In this document: positions 1 to 12,700 of the stretch, piece by piece
How the letters are laid out: each line of letters opens with the position of its first letter
Numbering within the stretch: position 1 is the stretch's first letter
DNA from: Callorhinchus milii
Lineage: Eukaryota
Length of the DNA stretch: 64,000 nt
NCBI RefSeq assembly: GCF_018977255.1
Contig: NW_024704743.1
Span: 34,784,001 to 34,848,000 of the forward strand
Reading direction: 5' to 3'
The notes under the pieces: generated by a model
The model's database searches: none
What the model saw: the letters and a program-made list of their open reading frames with translations, nothing else
Told to the model about the DNA's origin: nothing
Position numbers and translations under genes: made by a program

Positions 1-134
1 AGTATTACCCCCAGCTTAACCGGTGTTGGAATTCGTACTTAGCTCGACTGAACCCGCAACCTAAACATCAGAAACATTTTTTGCAAACCTACATGTAGAT
101 CCCCACCCACTCTTCTATCACCGCCCCGGCCTCA

Positions 135-405
135 GTGGCCTCCCTCAACAAGCTCCATGAACCCATCACCTCCATCCTCGCCTGGCTCCACCGGTGTCTC
201 ATCCTGCAGAGGATCAAGATCCTAGTTCTCACTTTTAAAGCCCTCCTTTTGAAGCCTCCACCCTACCTTTGCGATTTGCTAAAACCCTCTCTCACTCCAC
301 TCAGTAGGCACTGGCCGGCTTCATATCCCCACCGCCCTCCCTGCTTGGCCCAACATCGATAGTCGGGCCTTCAACCTTTCTGCCCCACCCTTTGGAACTC
401 CATCC
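135..405 (+). mobile_element. L2 LINE fragment
   Basis: PITSILAWLH..RIKILVLTFKAL..PPYLCDLL resembles the other L2 copies. Confidence 0.75.
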
Positions 406-939
406 TATTTCGCCCACAAATATACGGTCAATTCGCTTTACAGTCTATTTTGTAAAGCGCTTTGAGACGTGGAGAAGACAGGAAAAGCTCTATATCAAAT
501 GCAAGGATTATTATATTTATTATCTTGGAGTCCCTTAGCCTCACCCCTGACCTTGCCTTCCTCTTTAACTGTGCCTTTGGTCATCTTTTGTTTTCTGACT
601 GGTATATTGTTTCAAATGAAACAAATGTTCTGATGGCCAAAAACCAAGAGTTGAAATTGAAGGATCACAATGGAATAGATCAACATAATGTATATAATAG
701 CTGCTGTAGTATCATTTGACCAGATACTTTGGCTCAGTATCCACTTGTCCATTATAAAGAATTTTTCCACCACGGCATTTCTGTTTATTTACTGTTTATT
801 TACTAGGCCTTTTGTATACCGTTAACAAATTGAGATATACAGAACCTAATTGTTGTCTGTGTAGAAGTACATTAGAGTGCATTTTTAAGAATCCAGCCTG
901 ATTATTCATTGCCATGTTTAGTCATGGCATTAGGTCTTT

Positions 940-1217
940 TTACAAGCGAGACACCTGGGTTCAAATCCAGGCAGGTCAGGGCGAAGCCTTGGGCAAGTTT
1001 CCTTCCTCCACACGCCTAATAATAATCCCTCTAAAACAAAACAATAATAAATTGGTCATTTTCAATCCACAACTGTTTGTGGGACATTGCTGTGCGCAAT
1101 TGGCTGCCGCATTTCGCCCACAAATATACAGTCAATTCACTTTACAGTCTATTCTGTGAAGCGCTCTGAGACGTCTAGAAGACGTGAAAAGCGTTATATC
1201 AAATGCAAGGATTATTA
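940..1217 (+). mobile_element. tRNA-derived SINE (Deu-domain type, L2-like tail)
   Basis: B-box ggttcaaatcc, core ctgtttgtgggacattgctgtgcgcaattggctgccgc, tail atcaaatgcaaggattatt. Confidence 0.85.
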
Positions 1218-1538
1218 ATTATTATCTTCCCTACTCTTGAATCCAACCCCCAGCTCAGTTGCAAACCTTCGACTATCCAGTGCCTTGGAATGTCCTCCCA
1301 AATGAAAAGTGCAATTGACATGAAAGCAATTTGTTGTTGTTGCTGGCCTTCAATGGTCAGGGATATTGACTTTGACCCAGAAATGCCATTTCTGGACTGG
1401 ATCTCACCCCAATTATTCCATCCAGCTAGAGCTTTAGTGTATTGCAACATCACAGCACCAAAAGGCACTGCTTTCAGAAATGCATATCAAAAATTATTTC
1501 AATTGGTGTTATATAATCATTTTTATTGCCATTTTTAG

Positions 1539-1709
1539 AACACGGTCTAGAGATGAGGCACTGGGTAGGCAAGAACGACCCAGAGATTTAAGTACATCGC
1601 GGTGGTCTCCTTCAAGGAGAAGACTCAGCAGATCTCCGATCAGAAGGAGATCTCGTTCTCTTCTCAGACGAAGTCGCTCTCCAAGGAGGAGAAGCCGATC
1701 CAGAAGGAG
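1539..1709 (+). CDS. PRPF4B: PRPF4B coding exon (equivalent of exon 3; RS-rich region)
   Basis: ttttag acceptor, ag|gtaatc donor; encodes TRSRDEALGRQERPRD...RWSPSRRR..SRSPIRRRSRS, matching the RS domain of PRP4 kinase; phase 2-2. Confidence 0.9.
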
Positions 1710-2684
1710 GTAATCTGTTGCATTAAAAAAAAATGCGAGCTGGAATGCATATTTATACTGTAAATGGTATTTATGAAAACATAAGGACCAGGAGGCCTGG
1801 AAATTGCTTGGCTGGCTTCCTATGCTCAGGTGCAGCATACATCAATGTCGGTACATACGCAGGAAGTGATGTTAGCGAGAAGCTGATGATTCAGAGGCAG
1901 GAATGGTAGCCTTTGTTCCATGGGCCCGTGATAATGAGATGTCTAAACTTTGTCTGTTAAACGACTAACTAACTAATTGCTTGATATAACTAGATAATGT
2001 TACTGGTAATGATATGGGTTTCATGGAAGTGATAAAGTTGAGGTGTTTGGTAAGGAACTCATGCCTTATTAACTACATATTTTCATTCTTCAGATGAATG
2101 ACTGAAGAATGAAAAATTCAGTAAGCTTTTGGGGAATATTTTGAAGATTTCTATCACTTAGTAGCGATATGCAAAAGATTACTAAATTTCAAAACATTGG
2201 ATTATTGGATAATGATATCCAAATGATTTATTCAAAGAAACTTATTTGTGGTAAATTAAACATTGCTTTCGTATCATGACTTTCAGTTACTTCTGATAGT
2301 TTCAGATTGCATTTTCTGTTCAAATATGAAGTATTATTTATTGTAGAATGCACCTTCCAGCAAAGCAAAACGTATGTAAGTTGTAATTTACCACCTTTGT
2401 TTTAAATGTGGCTTTGGGTTGATTTCTTGATGTATCAGACATTATTATGAATTCTGTCTGTCATTCACTACAAAAGGATTACTTTCAAAAGCTTCTCATT
2501 TGTATCTTGTTTTGATTTTAAATTGTTTTTTAAAAAAAAACAAATTCTCTAACATGCCTAATTTTAGGAAGTTTCCTTTAAGCAACTGTACCGTTTGCTT
2601 ATTGTTGTGACAATGTTGCAAATTCATTTTTACATATCTATTATCTCTTTTTCATCCCTTTCCCCTCGCTCATTCTCTGGATAG

Positions 2685-2834
2685 AGATTGGAATCAGAGA
2701 AGCAGATCTCGAAGAAGGCGATCTAGGTCAAGAGGTCGCCGTGGACGTATGAGTGGTAACAGAGATAAAGAAGACAAATTTAAGGGAAGTCTTTCTGAAG
2801 GAATGAAAGTTGAACAAGAATCCTCTGATGAAAA
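2685..2834 (+). CDS. PRPF4B: PRPF4B coding exon (exon 4 equivalent)
   Basis: pyrimidine tract + tag acceptor, aa|gtaaga donor; encodes ...KEDKFKGSLSEGMKVEQESSDE. Confidence 0.92.
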
Positions 2835-3312
2835 GTAAGATGTAGTGTTTTAATTTAATCTTTTTAGAAATAAAATACTTGAATGCATACGAGGACAACT
2901 GAAAGGTTTTCAAATGGTGTAGAACATAAGGTAAATGTGAAGTGGAACTAGTTCTACAGAAAATGGCAGGTGATATGAAGGGCATCACATCCAAGCCTGA
3001 TCCTGTCCTCATCCTATGTCATTAAATGCATGTTTTCCAACGTGTGATTGAATTACCAACCAGGAGCAGGAACTTTTACCTCAAGGAAACAAGTAATAAT
3101 AATAATAAGTTGTGAGTTCATGAGAATTATTATGATATAAAAGTTAATCATTATCTCCTTAATTCCCATTATTCTTTTAACTTGTCTGTGAATTATTTTA
3201 GTCACATTGTAATTTGTTTGGCTTTTGTCATGCTGCGTACCTTCTAGAAATGACATTTATTATTGTAAATGTTCTATGCAATGTTTAAATGTAATAACTG
3301 TTTTATACCCAG

Positions 3313-3394
3313 CATGGAGGACTTTGATGTGGAAGAGGAAGATGAAGAAGCTGTTATCAAACAAAGGCGTGAACAGAGATTAGCAATTGTTCAG
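3313..3394 (+). CDS. PRPF4B: PRPF4B coding exon (exon 5 equivalent)
   Basis: cccag acceptor, cag|gtatgc donor; encodes MEDFDVEEEDEEAVIKQRREQRLAIVQ. Confidence 0.92.
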
Positions 3395-3988
3395 GTATGC
3401 TGGTGGCTTTAGGTTTCATTTAGCTTTGAATTGTGGAACATTGTGTTTGTGGTCCTCATTACATTGATGAATCAAATCTTGAATGGTGTAAATGCTTTCA
3501 TTAATTAGTAATGAGGCCAATCATAATGTTATGTTCAGATTTTTATATTTGGCCTTCACAAAGGTGCCTTGCAGTATGTTCACTGTTGACGTTACGTTGT
3601 TCCACATTGCTGAGAGGTACTAGGTGACTGCATGCAATTGTAGAGAAGTCAGTACATCAGTTTGTATTTGGGAAGAGAGGGGTTAACCTTTTAAAATGGA
3701 CATCTTTTGCTCATTTGGAACTCTTCCTTCATTGTAGCAGTTTTATAAAATTGTATTCACATTTTAAAATTGGTGCCCTTTGCTCAGAGTTGTAAATGAA
3801 ATGTGTGCTATGTTCAGAGAAATCTAATCTTGTAAGATGGCAACAAGGTAAAACATGCATTCATGGAAACTTTTTATGTAGGAGTCCAACAGTTTATTTT
3901 CGAGTCACATTTTCTGATTTGCATGGCTCAGCAATTGTGTTAAAGTCAAATGTGTCACTGAAAGCTTAATTTGTTTCTTGAATTGTAG

Positions 3989-4199
3989 AAATATAGAAAC
4001 CCAAATGAAGACAGCAACATGTCTGGATTCTCTGAACCCAACAGTCCTCAGAGCAGCACTCGTAGCCGTTCCCCTTCACCTGATGATATTTTTGAACGAG
4101 CTGCAGCTGATGTCAAGGAGTATGAAAGGGAAAATATTGACACGTTTGAGGCTTCTGTAAATGCCAAACGCAACCTCATGGCAGTTGAGCAAAAAGAAG
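3989..4199 (+). CDS. PRPF4B: PRPF4B coding exon (exon 6 equivalent)
   Basis: tgtag acceptor, g|gtgagc donor; encodes KYRNPNEDSNMSGFSEPNSPQSSTRSRSPSPDDIFERAAADVKEYERENIDTFEASV. Confidence 0.95.
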
Positions 4200-4520
4200 G
4201 TGAGCTTTAGTGGGTGTACAGTGCAATTAATCCTCAGAGGACTGAATATTTGTGGATTCGGGACTTATAACAACCAAGCATTGAGGACATTTGTATGAAG
4301 CTGGGTTTCTGATTTATAAAACCCCACACTTGAGACTTTGAATTTTTTTTACACACTGTGGGGGAAGAACTATGATAGTTTTGCAAAGGCATATATAAGA
4401 AGTACAAATACAAAATGTTCTGAGGAAGGTAGGAGAATGGGATTAAATGGATTGGTCTCTTTAGGTGGTATGGATACATTGAGTCTCTGCTGTGAAATGT
4501 TATCATTTTGAACATAAGTA

Positions 4521-4726
4521 CTATAATAATCCCTCCAAAACAAAACAATAATAAATTGGTCATTTTCAATCTACGACTGTTTGTGGGACACTGTTGTGCG
4601 CAATTGGCTGCCGCGTTCGCCCACAAATATACTGTCAATTCACTTTGCAGTATATTCTGTGAAGCGCTTTGAGACGTCTAGAAGACATGAAAAGAGTTAT
4701 ATCAAAATGCAAGGATTATTATTATT
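4521..4726 (+). mobile_element. SINE, 5'-truncated, same family
   Basis: core and tail shared with other copies. Confidence 0.85.
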
Positions 4727-5044
4727 ACATTGAACAAGTCTCATTCAATGCTGCAGGTTGTGTTTTAATTCATGAATACTTAGGGGAATCCCATTATACC
4801 ACTCTGGTTTAGCGATTCCTCATTTATAACCAGGACCAATAGAATTTTGGTCACAATTTTTCTGCGGAATCCACTGTAAACACTCCTTGGCTATAAACTG
4901 CCCCCTCCGCAATAAGCACCCCCCTCCTCTAAAAACGCAGTGGTCTCCGGGCCTCTGTGCGTTGCTGACGGCTCAATGCCCCCTCTGTGGGCGATGAGAT
5001 TATAGCAGGAAATGGGCCTCACTGGACTCCAAGGCTCTACTGTT

Positions 5045-5232
5045 ATCTGTGTGTCTCTCTACATATATGTTTGTCTCTATGTGATTGTTTGTGTGCGTTT
5101 GTAATTATCTGTGAGTGCGAGTATATATTTGTGAATGTCTCTCTGTGAGTGAGCTTGTGTCTCTGAATTTGTGTCTGTGGTGTGTGTGTTTCTGAGTCTG
5201 TATCTCTCTGAGTGTGAGTTTCTGTGTGTGTC
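5045..5232 (+). repeat. degenerate (TG)n/(TC)n microsatellite
   Basis: low-complexity tg/tc blocks. Confidence 0.75.
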
Positions 5233-6068
5233 TTCCCCCCAGTACCATTTTTTTCCACCTCCGCTACATTGCCTGTCTCTGTACCTCACACCCACAGCAG
5301 GCGAAACCTATGCCTTTGTCACTTCCTGGCTGGACTTTTCAAATGCGTTCCTCGCTGGTCTCCCAAGTTCCACCATGCACAAAATTCAATTAATTCAGAA
5401 CTCCGCTGCCCGGATACTCACCCGCACAAATCTTCATACCCCCAGTCGGTAGTGTAGTTGGTAGCACTCTCCTCAGGCTGAGGCACTGCACACTAATGCA
5501 AGGAAGATCAACCAGGCAAAGTAGTTCCAGGAATTGGATATCAATGTCCTTGATATGTTGTTGCTATGAAAGTCAGAGCAATTGCCAATATGTACCCTTT
5601 CACTGCTTCAGTTGGCAATTAATCCTGGGTTTTCCTCTAATATACAGAGGTGGCGGATGGAGTTGTCGTTTTCAAGTATTTGTCTCTTGATGAAGAGGTA
5701 AAGGTTAAGCTGAAGAGCTTCAGTAAACATTAAAGCCTTTTGTAAGGATTTCCAGGAATGGTTCATCCATACTGGCTCCATATTAAATTCTTACCTTCAT
5801 TGCCTCTTTCTAATATTTAATCTTTGTGACCGAAAGTGGAACTGTGTACTGTAAAAATGCAAACAAACAGTTAGAAGGGAAATGAACAATGTCATAGGTG
5901 AAAGTTCCTTTATTTTAGGTTGGTAACTTTTTATAAGTATATGGGGTTCTTTTCTGAATGAATGTTTATGCGCATTTTTTTCTAGCTTCTGTGAATTTAA
6001 TATATTTGCAATGTTAGCTGCAGATTGTGTTTCATGTTTTGACATTGAGAATTGTGTTTTATGTGCAG

Positions 6069-6139
6069 GAGCTGCGAAGAAGCCAACAGTTCCAGACATG
6101 TTTACGGAATCTGATGATATGTTTGCTGCATATTTTGAT
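6069..6139 (+). CDS. PRPF4B: PRPF4B coding exon (exon 7 equivalent)
   Basis: tgcag acceptor, gat|gtatgt donor; encodes AAKKPTVPDMFTESDDMFAAYFD. Confidence 0.95.
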
Positions 6140-6754
6140 GTATGTATTTACCTTGAAGGAAACGTTGGGTCAGATGGCGCTCAAACCTTCCATCATATCT
6201 TTTTCCCCATTTGATTTGAATAACCAAACTTTTTTTAGTAATTTTTCAATGTATCACCAAGACAGGGTTTGAGATTTTGTGATTGCCAATGTGCTTTGCC
6301 TGAAGCTTCAAGCTCTCAGTCTGTAGCAACTGGAGTTTCCTTGAATGAAAACAAGGATGCATGCTCATTTACAGCCTGACTAGATGATTCAGGATCCAGC
6401 CCAAAGGGTTGAAATGTTTTACGCTTTGTTTCCATTGCATAATAAAAATCCCTTAACCTTTTGGTTATTAACAATGGCAAGGCAGTGCCTTTATAAGCTG
6501 CCTTTGTTCTGAACTTTCAAGAGTATATTCTGGTTCTAAATTATAGATCATGGGCATCTTTAGCTCAGTTGTATTATAATCCTAGTCACTGTATTTGTAG
6601 GGATTGTGGCAGCTAATTTGTGCACAGCAAGGAAGTCCCACACGCAGCCAGGAGGTGAATTGCCATTGGGGGATTGCTGGCTAGAACAAAACTCTTTCAT
6701 TTTCAAATGGTGCCATGGGAACTTTAATGTTCGCCTGAAATCTTAGTTTCAGTC

Positions 6755-7110
6755 TCACTGTTGCCTCTGAGTCCGAATGTTTTGGGTTCAAGCCTCAGGT
6801 TGTGACTTGGAACACATATAGTCTAAGATGACACTCCAAACACAATTCTGGAGGTGTGTTGTATTGTTGGAAGCGCTATTCTTGAATTGAGATATTAAAT
6901 CGAAGTCTCATCTGCCTTTTCAGGTGGATGTTAAAGATCCCATGACACTGTTTGAAAAGAGAAGGGAGTTTCTCCCGATGTCCTGGCAAACAATCCCCCA
7001 AATAAAATGTGTTGTTCACTTTTTGGCTGTTTGTGACATTCTGCTGCATTCACCTACAAATCACAGTCACTGTACTTTACAGCATATCCTATGAAGTGCT
7101 TTAGGATGTC
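6755..7110 (+). mobile_element. older Deu-type SINE
   Basis: gcctctgagtccgaa..ggttcaagcc head; caggtggatgttaaagatcccatgacac core; related copies near 22800-23165, 47340-47720 (-), 54640-55300. Confidence 0.7.
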
Positions 7111-7638
7111 CCGCCAACAAATATTAGTATTTAGGATTCTTTCTCTTTTCTTGCTACCTCCCTCCCCCAGGAATAAGTTTGCTATTCGCACCAGGTGGAT
7201 GATCACTTCGTAATATCTTCAAGACCGTGTAATCCATTCACAACAAATGTGTAGGTCCTAGATGTTATCAACAGAAGATACCTTCTTACTCAATCAGGGA
7301 CTCTTATTCAGGAAGCATTTACTCCTCTAGGAGGCTTATCTGGTTGGAATTTTGATTGCAGTAGAATAGATTTCCACCAGAGCCGAACATTTTTTATTCA
7401 TAATATTTGGTTGCTGCACCCTCCTCCCACACCTGCCCCCCCCCTCCCTCACACACACACTAATGAAAGACTAATAGCCTATTCTGAATCTCTAGAATTT
7501 GAATGAGAAAAATTCAAGAATGCAAATGAAACCTTGGTACAAGGATGTTTTTAACCCGTACACGCTCTTGCTGTTCTTAAATACTCCATACAAACAACCT
7601 AAATATGCTCATTAAGTTCACTAACTTAATGTTTCTAG

Positions 7639-7800
<162 letters not shown>

Positions 7801-8199
7801 TAAGTTCGGTATGATTTGATTTCTGTAATCCTGCACCTGCTTGCTTCTGCAGAACAGGCCCAGCTCTTTCTTTGCAGCCCTATATTTTCACTCAATTGCT
7901 AAGGATTGCACTTGTTTATCCCATTAAAGTAAAGGTAAGTTTAATTTATTTTTTACAGCCCATTTAATTTCACACAAACACTTCCAGCACGAATATAGCA
8001 AAATTAAATGGGCCGTGAAAAATACTGGTTGCACAGTGTATTTTAAAGTTTATCATGCAATACTGCTTTCTTGATTTGTTATTCTGTTTATTCCTAATGG
8101 AATAAAAAGATTGTATACTGTAATAAAGTATTCGCCATATTTTATTGCTCATTTTTAAAAAATGTATATTGTAAAAATAATTCACTGCCCGAAAGGGTG

Positions 8200-8537
8200 T
8201 TGGAAACAGATTCACTAATGAATTGGATATATGCTTGAAAAGAAAAAAAATTGCAACGCTATGGGGCGGGAAGTGGGACTGATAGGGTAGCTCTTTCAAC
8301 AACAACAAAATTGCATTTATAGAGCGTCGTTCGCGTCAGGAGGACGTCCCAAGGCGCTGGATGGTTGGGTCGGGACCCGAGCAGGGGAGAAATGGTCAGG
8401 GGGAGGGAAGGGGGGGAGCAAGGAGAGGGTAGAGAGTCGAGGGGGGAGCTGAAGGCACGGTTGAAGAGAAAGAGCGGGCACAGACACGACGGCAGAATGA
8501 CCTTCTGTGCTGTAGGATTCTATGATGATTCTATGAA
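8200..8537. mobile_element. CR1 3' end (+) interrupted by an L2 3' fragment (-, ~8298-8472)
   Basis: CR1-like tail ...gctctttc / agagcgggcacagacacga...attctatga is split by an (aac)n-ended L2 tail. Confidence 0.7.
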
Positions 8538-9079
8538 TGACGTATTAAGAATTATATTTGTTGGAAGAATGGCACACTTCCATCTTTGGCTCCAGTTTCA
8601 ACATTTCTATATTAGGAAAATCATAGGTAAATGCAGACTAAAACTCACTACCCCAGCAATAACCAATAACCTCCGCAGAACACTCCAAATCATTTCCATT
8701 GTGTCATTTATTTTATGTGTAAATTTAGATTAATTCCATTGATCATAGGGGTAAAATAACTGAATTGTACCTCTTAAGAATGTTTTCCTATAGCCTAACA
8801 ATCTTGCTTCTGGGCTGTGTAAGGCCCATTGTTTCAGACCAATCCTGTTTTTTTTCTCTCTAGGCCATTCTTCCAGAGGTGCTTTTCTTTGAGTAGGATG
8901 AATGCTTTTTCCCTACTTTAAATGATTGCCCATTCGGCTTGTACTTCCAGCTGTTGTGTGTTTGGTGACAGCTTCTTTTTCAGTTGGTGAAATTTTCTAT
9001 TCTGGAGAATTTGTTCATTTGTCTCAAGGTCTTTTGGTCAAGTCAAAACTCACACCCACATTTTTTTGTTTGTTTTCTT

Positions 9080-9720
9080 GTCAGCCAGGTGTCTGACACA
9101 TGCGGAATCCCATCACCATGCTTAAGAGTATCCAAACCAAACTTGAGATTTCCATGCTTCCCACTTACACATGGAAATCCCAGAGATAGATTGTTGGGAT
9201 GGAATGCGCACTCTCTCCCTGGAGGGACGCATCCTGCTTACCTATTTCTGGAACGTATTAGGCGCAGGTTGGCAAGAGCCAAGACTCTTAAGTGTGCATT
9301 GGGGTACTACTCGAGTCTTAATCAGCTAAAACCACATAGCTTGCCATTGAGAGCACTGTCTGGCAAGCTTTCCTGGAGGTTGTCCAGCTAGGACCACTGT
9401 ACCTGTTAGGCCTTTGGCTTGCAAGGTTAACAGTAGCTGAGTGGGAGGATTCCCTGCCCCCAGTGACTAGTCTGCCCTTCCACATCCTGCCGGTGAGCCA
9501 GGCTGGCTGTGGATCCGTCTGGCTTAGGAACTGGACTACCACGACCACCACACAGGGCAGTAACACCCTGAAGCCAGTTCAGCTTCAAGGAGAGCCCCCT
9601 TACCTCTTCTCCCTTCCCCTCTTTCTGATGGGCAATACAGCTCAGCCGTAATGCATGAGAACCTTGCCATCATCTTCCTGTCCACAGTTCGGGCACGCAT
9701 CCCATTGAGCAATGGTTCCA
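9080..9720 (+). repeat. old unclassified interspersed repeat (related copies at ~19520-19790, 39735-40130, 41915-42290 and 50100-50365 on -)
   Basis: shared blocks such as gcaggttggcaag...cagctaaaaccacatagcttgccattgagagcactgtctggcaagc and gtcagccaggtgtctgacac...accatgcttaagagtatccaaac. Confidence 0.7.
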
Positions 9721-12700
9721 CCAGTTGGAGGTGTGGAGTTTAAACAGCAGTTGCTTACCTCTCTGAAAGCCAATCAAGGTGAATTCCAATCGCTGTGTTC
9801 ACGGGTATCACCTTCCAGCAGCTGTCACCCCAAGCCTCAGAGGTTCCTCATCAGCTATTTGGTGGACATCTGCCTTCAGTGTGGTGGGAGGACCTTTACC
9901 TACATAAGGCAGACATGGTGTACTTCATGCGTTTGGGGTTCCCAAACTGTGTTTTTGTTTGAAATCCATTTGAGGCCATTTGAAAGCTTGTCAGTCCTCT
10001 CAAAGGTCATTTTGAGAGACACTGTAGCATTGAAAAGTAATCTGTAGCACAGAATGGTGCCACTTCACATGCTGGCACTAAACCCTAAGAATCAAAAAGT
10101 ACTACAGGGAAGAGGGATTTGTTAAAGACTAAACAAGCTGACCAGGGATGAAGTGTCTTTCCTGCAATCTGGAGGGCCTCAATGTTGTTGGGTGCTAAAC
10201 TGGTACTTATTAAGAGTACCTATCTCAATCTTCTGGTGCAAGTTTGAACCTATCTGTGTCGAGCATCTTTTCTAAGATGCTTCTACTGACGCAGTGTGTT
10301 CGCTGTTTGATGTGTAAACATCCTAAAAGAGTTTCAGTTTTTCTAATCGATAACACTTTGGAGGTTGCTGCAAACTCCTTTTTTAAACTTACTTTCTCCT
10401 TTCCCTTGTTCAGCTCTCCAGTTCACACACCTACTGCAGCCGAGAGGGCCAGTCAGCACCCTGCTCCAAGGCATCTGTCACGTGCTCCAAAGCATCTGCC
10501 AATTGCTGCTCTTGAGCCAGCCCCCCAGAAGGCACATAAGACCAGCCTGGTGATGACTCACCCTTCAGTTTTTCCTCCATGCAGATTGCCTACAGACCCG
10601 CATCTGATCACTCCTTGGCAACAAGCATTGGAACCACAGCACGGTGTACCACTGCACTACCAGTGCCACTCATGGTTTTCAACAGGTCTGTAGGTATTTA
10701 GTCGACATCATTGCTCCATGCAACACATGAGTCATAGATTACCACAGTGGTCATCAATGTGGTCTCAGGTACAACTATCTCCAGGCTGAAGTATTAGATA
10801 CCGGACCACTGAGACTCCAGAAAGTTAGTTAGCTCTGGGCATTCCAGAGAAAGTCCACTCTTCTCACCCCCACTTTGTACTCCTTTATTATGGAGGGCTT
10901 GTCCTTTATGATGCAGTTATAAAGCACTTATCTTCCCTCCTAGTTGTCCTGAAAATTATTGTCCTCAGTTTTGTGTTGCGTTCATTGTTGAATCAAATGA
11001 TCCCTACTATATACCCATTGGTTTGCTTTGACCAGTGGGTTCAGAGGACCGAGAGTCTTTTATAATCCAGACAATTTGGTGTGGAGGTGAATAACCTTTA
11101 GATTTCCACTCCAAGCATCTTATTAACCTTCTGGAAAGTTTATGGATATCAGGTGATAAATGTCAGGCTTCATTAATGTCCTCCACAATCAGATAATCTG
11201 GAATCACCATTTTAGGTTTGCACATAAAGCATGGTTTCTTGGCCAAATTACCAGAGGTGTATTTTATCTGTAGAACCATATCCCAATCAGGAGAGAAAAT
11301 TTAATATCAAGTAACATGTAACTGGGTTTACCTGTCGCATGACTCAATTCCTTATCTACTAACTTCCAAATATTCTGANTTTTTTCTGTGGTTCATCACA
11401 ATTTATTGGGAGACTTGTACAATTTTTTCTCAATCTTAGCCATGATGGACAAACTTTGCAGTCCTTGTGGCTATTGAGGAAGGTCTTTTCGCTTTACTTA
11501 TTGTAAAGCCATCGTTGATCCTATACAAATGAAATACAGGATATTTTCAGTATGGCTCTGATGCTGGAACCATGGGAGCATTATCTGAACAGTTCTACTT
11601 GATCTTGGAATCACGGGAGTTCAGAGCTGATAAGAACAAAAGGACATAAGAATTTATTAGGTGAAAGAAGACCAAGGTCCATCCAGTTCGCCTTCCATTG
11701 TCCTGGCAGTAGCTTGATTGCCAGAATAGTGAAAGGTGGATATAACATTGTCAGATTAATAACCTGGAATTTTTGCTTCATTACTTTGGTGTTTGGGATT
11801 AGCTTTCCCATCATTGTGGGAAGAGGGTAAGAATGTGCTTTTTCCAGCACATGAATATTGCTTGGAAGTTCTTGATGTCAACAGTTGTATGAAATGTAGA
11901 GGTGTTCCATTCACCCAACATCAATATTCCTCTTCTTGATGAGCGCACAAGCACAGTACATCAAAATTAGCTCAACCTGAGCTGATTTTAGTAAATTATT
12001 TCTTCGACTTAGCACCCATCTTCTACAGGAAGGTAACATTTCTTTGGAGATGGCATGGGGTATTTGTAACAGAAAGGATTATGGGCTTGGAAAGAAGTCT
12101 GTTTCTGTTGGTAGACCACTGACCTACCTTACATTAGTTTGAGGCCCATACATTCCCCAATACATGCAGACCAAACAATAGTTGGGGGATGGGTGGGGGA
12201 AATTGTGTGACTGACGAGAGAGGAGAGAAGAATAGTGTGTTTGGTGGGAGGTGGCATGGGGTGGTTATTCCAGGAATGGATTCAAAAGGCTTGCACCTTT
12301 GTCTACTCTGTCCATTTTGTGCAGCTTTCTTACTAGTCAACATTTTTTGATATTTTGCTGACAAATGGAGACTTTATCTTGTCTGATACATGAATGGAGG
12401 AAACCTGGAGGTTTGTTCCCTTTCTGTTAACAGAACTGCTCTGCATTTCAGGGGATCCTGGGACATTCAGAATGCTCTTGCCAAAGGGGTTTTGGCCTTG
12501 GAGAAAATATACTGCTTATGTCAAACAGTGTGGGATATTTTTGATGCATAGTGGAACTATGGATCTTGAAAAATGGAATGTTGGTAAAGATGGTAATGTC
12601 ATGGTATGTTTGGGCAAGTTACACAGGCAATATAGACCGCACAGGCAATGTAGACTTGAATGGTAAGTCAGTAAGTATTTCAGAAATTTCATGCAAAGCA

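Noticed and set aside
11379..11379. Single N base (another at 17192)
   Set aside because: Assembly ambiguity in introns, no biological signal
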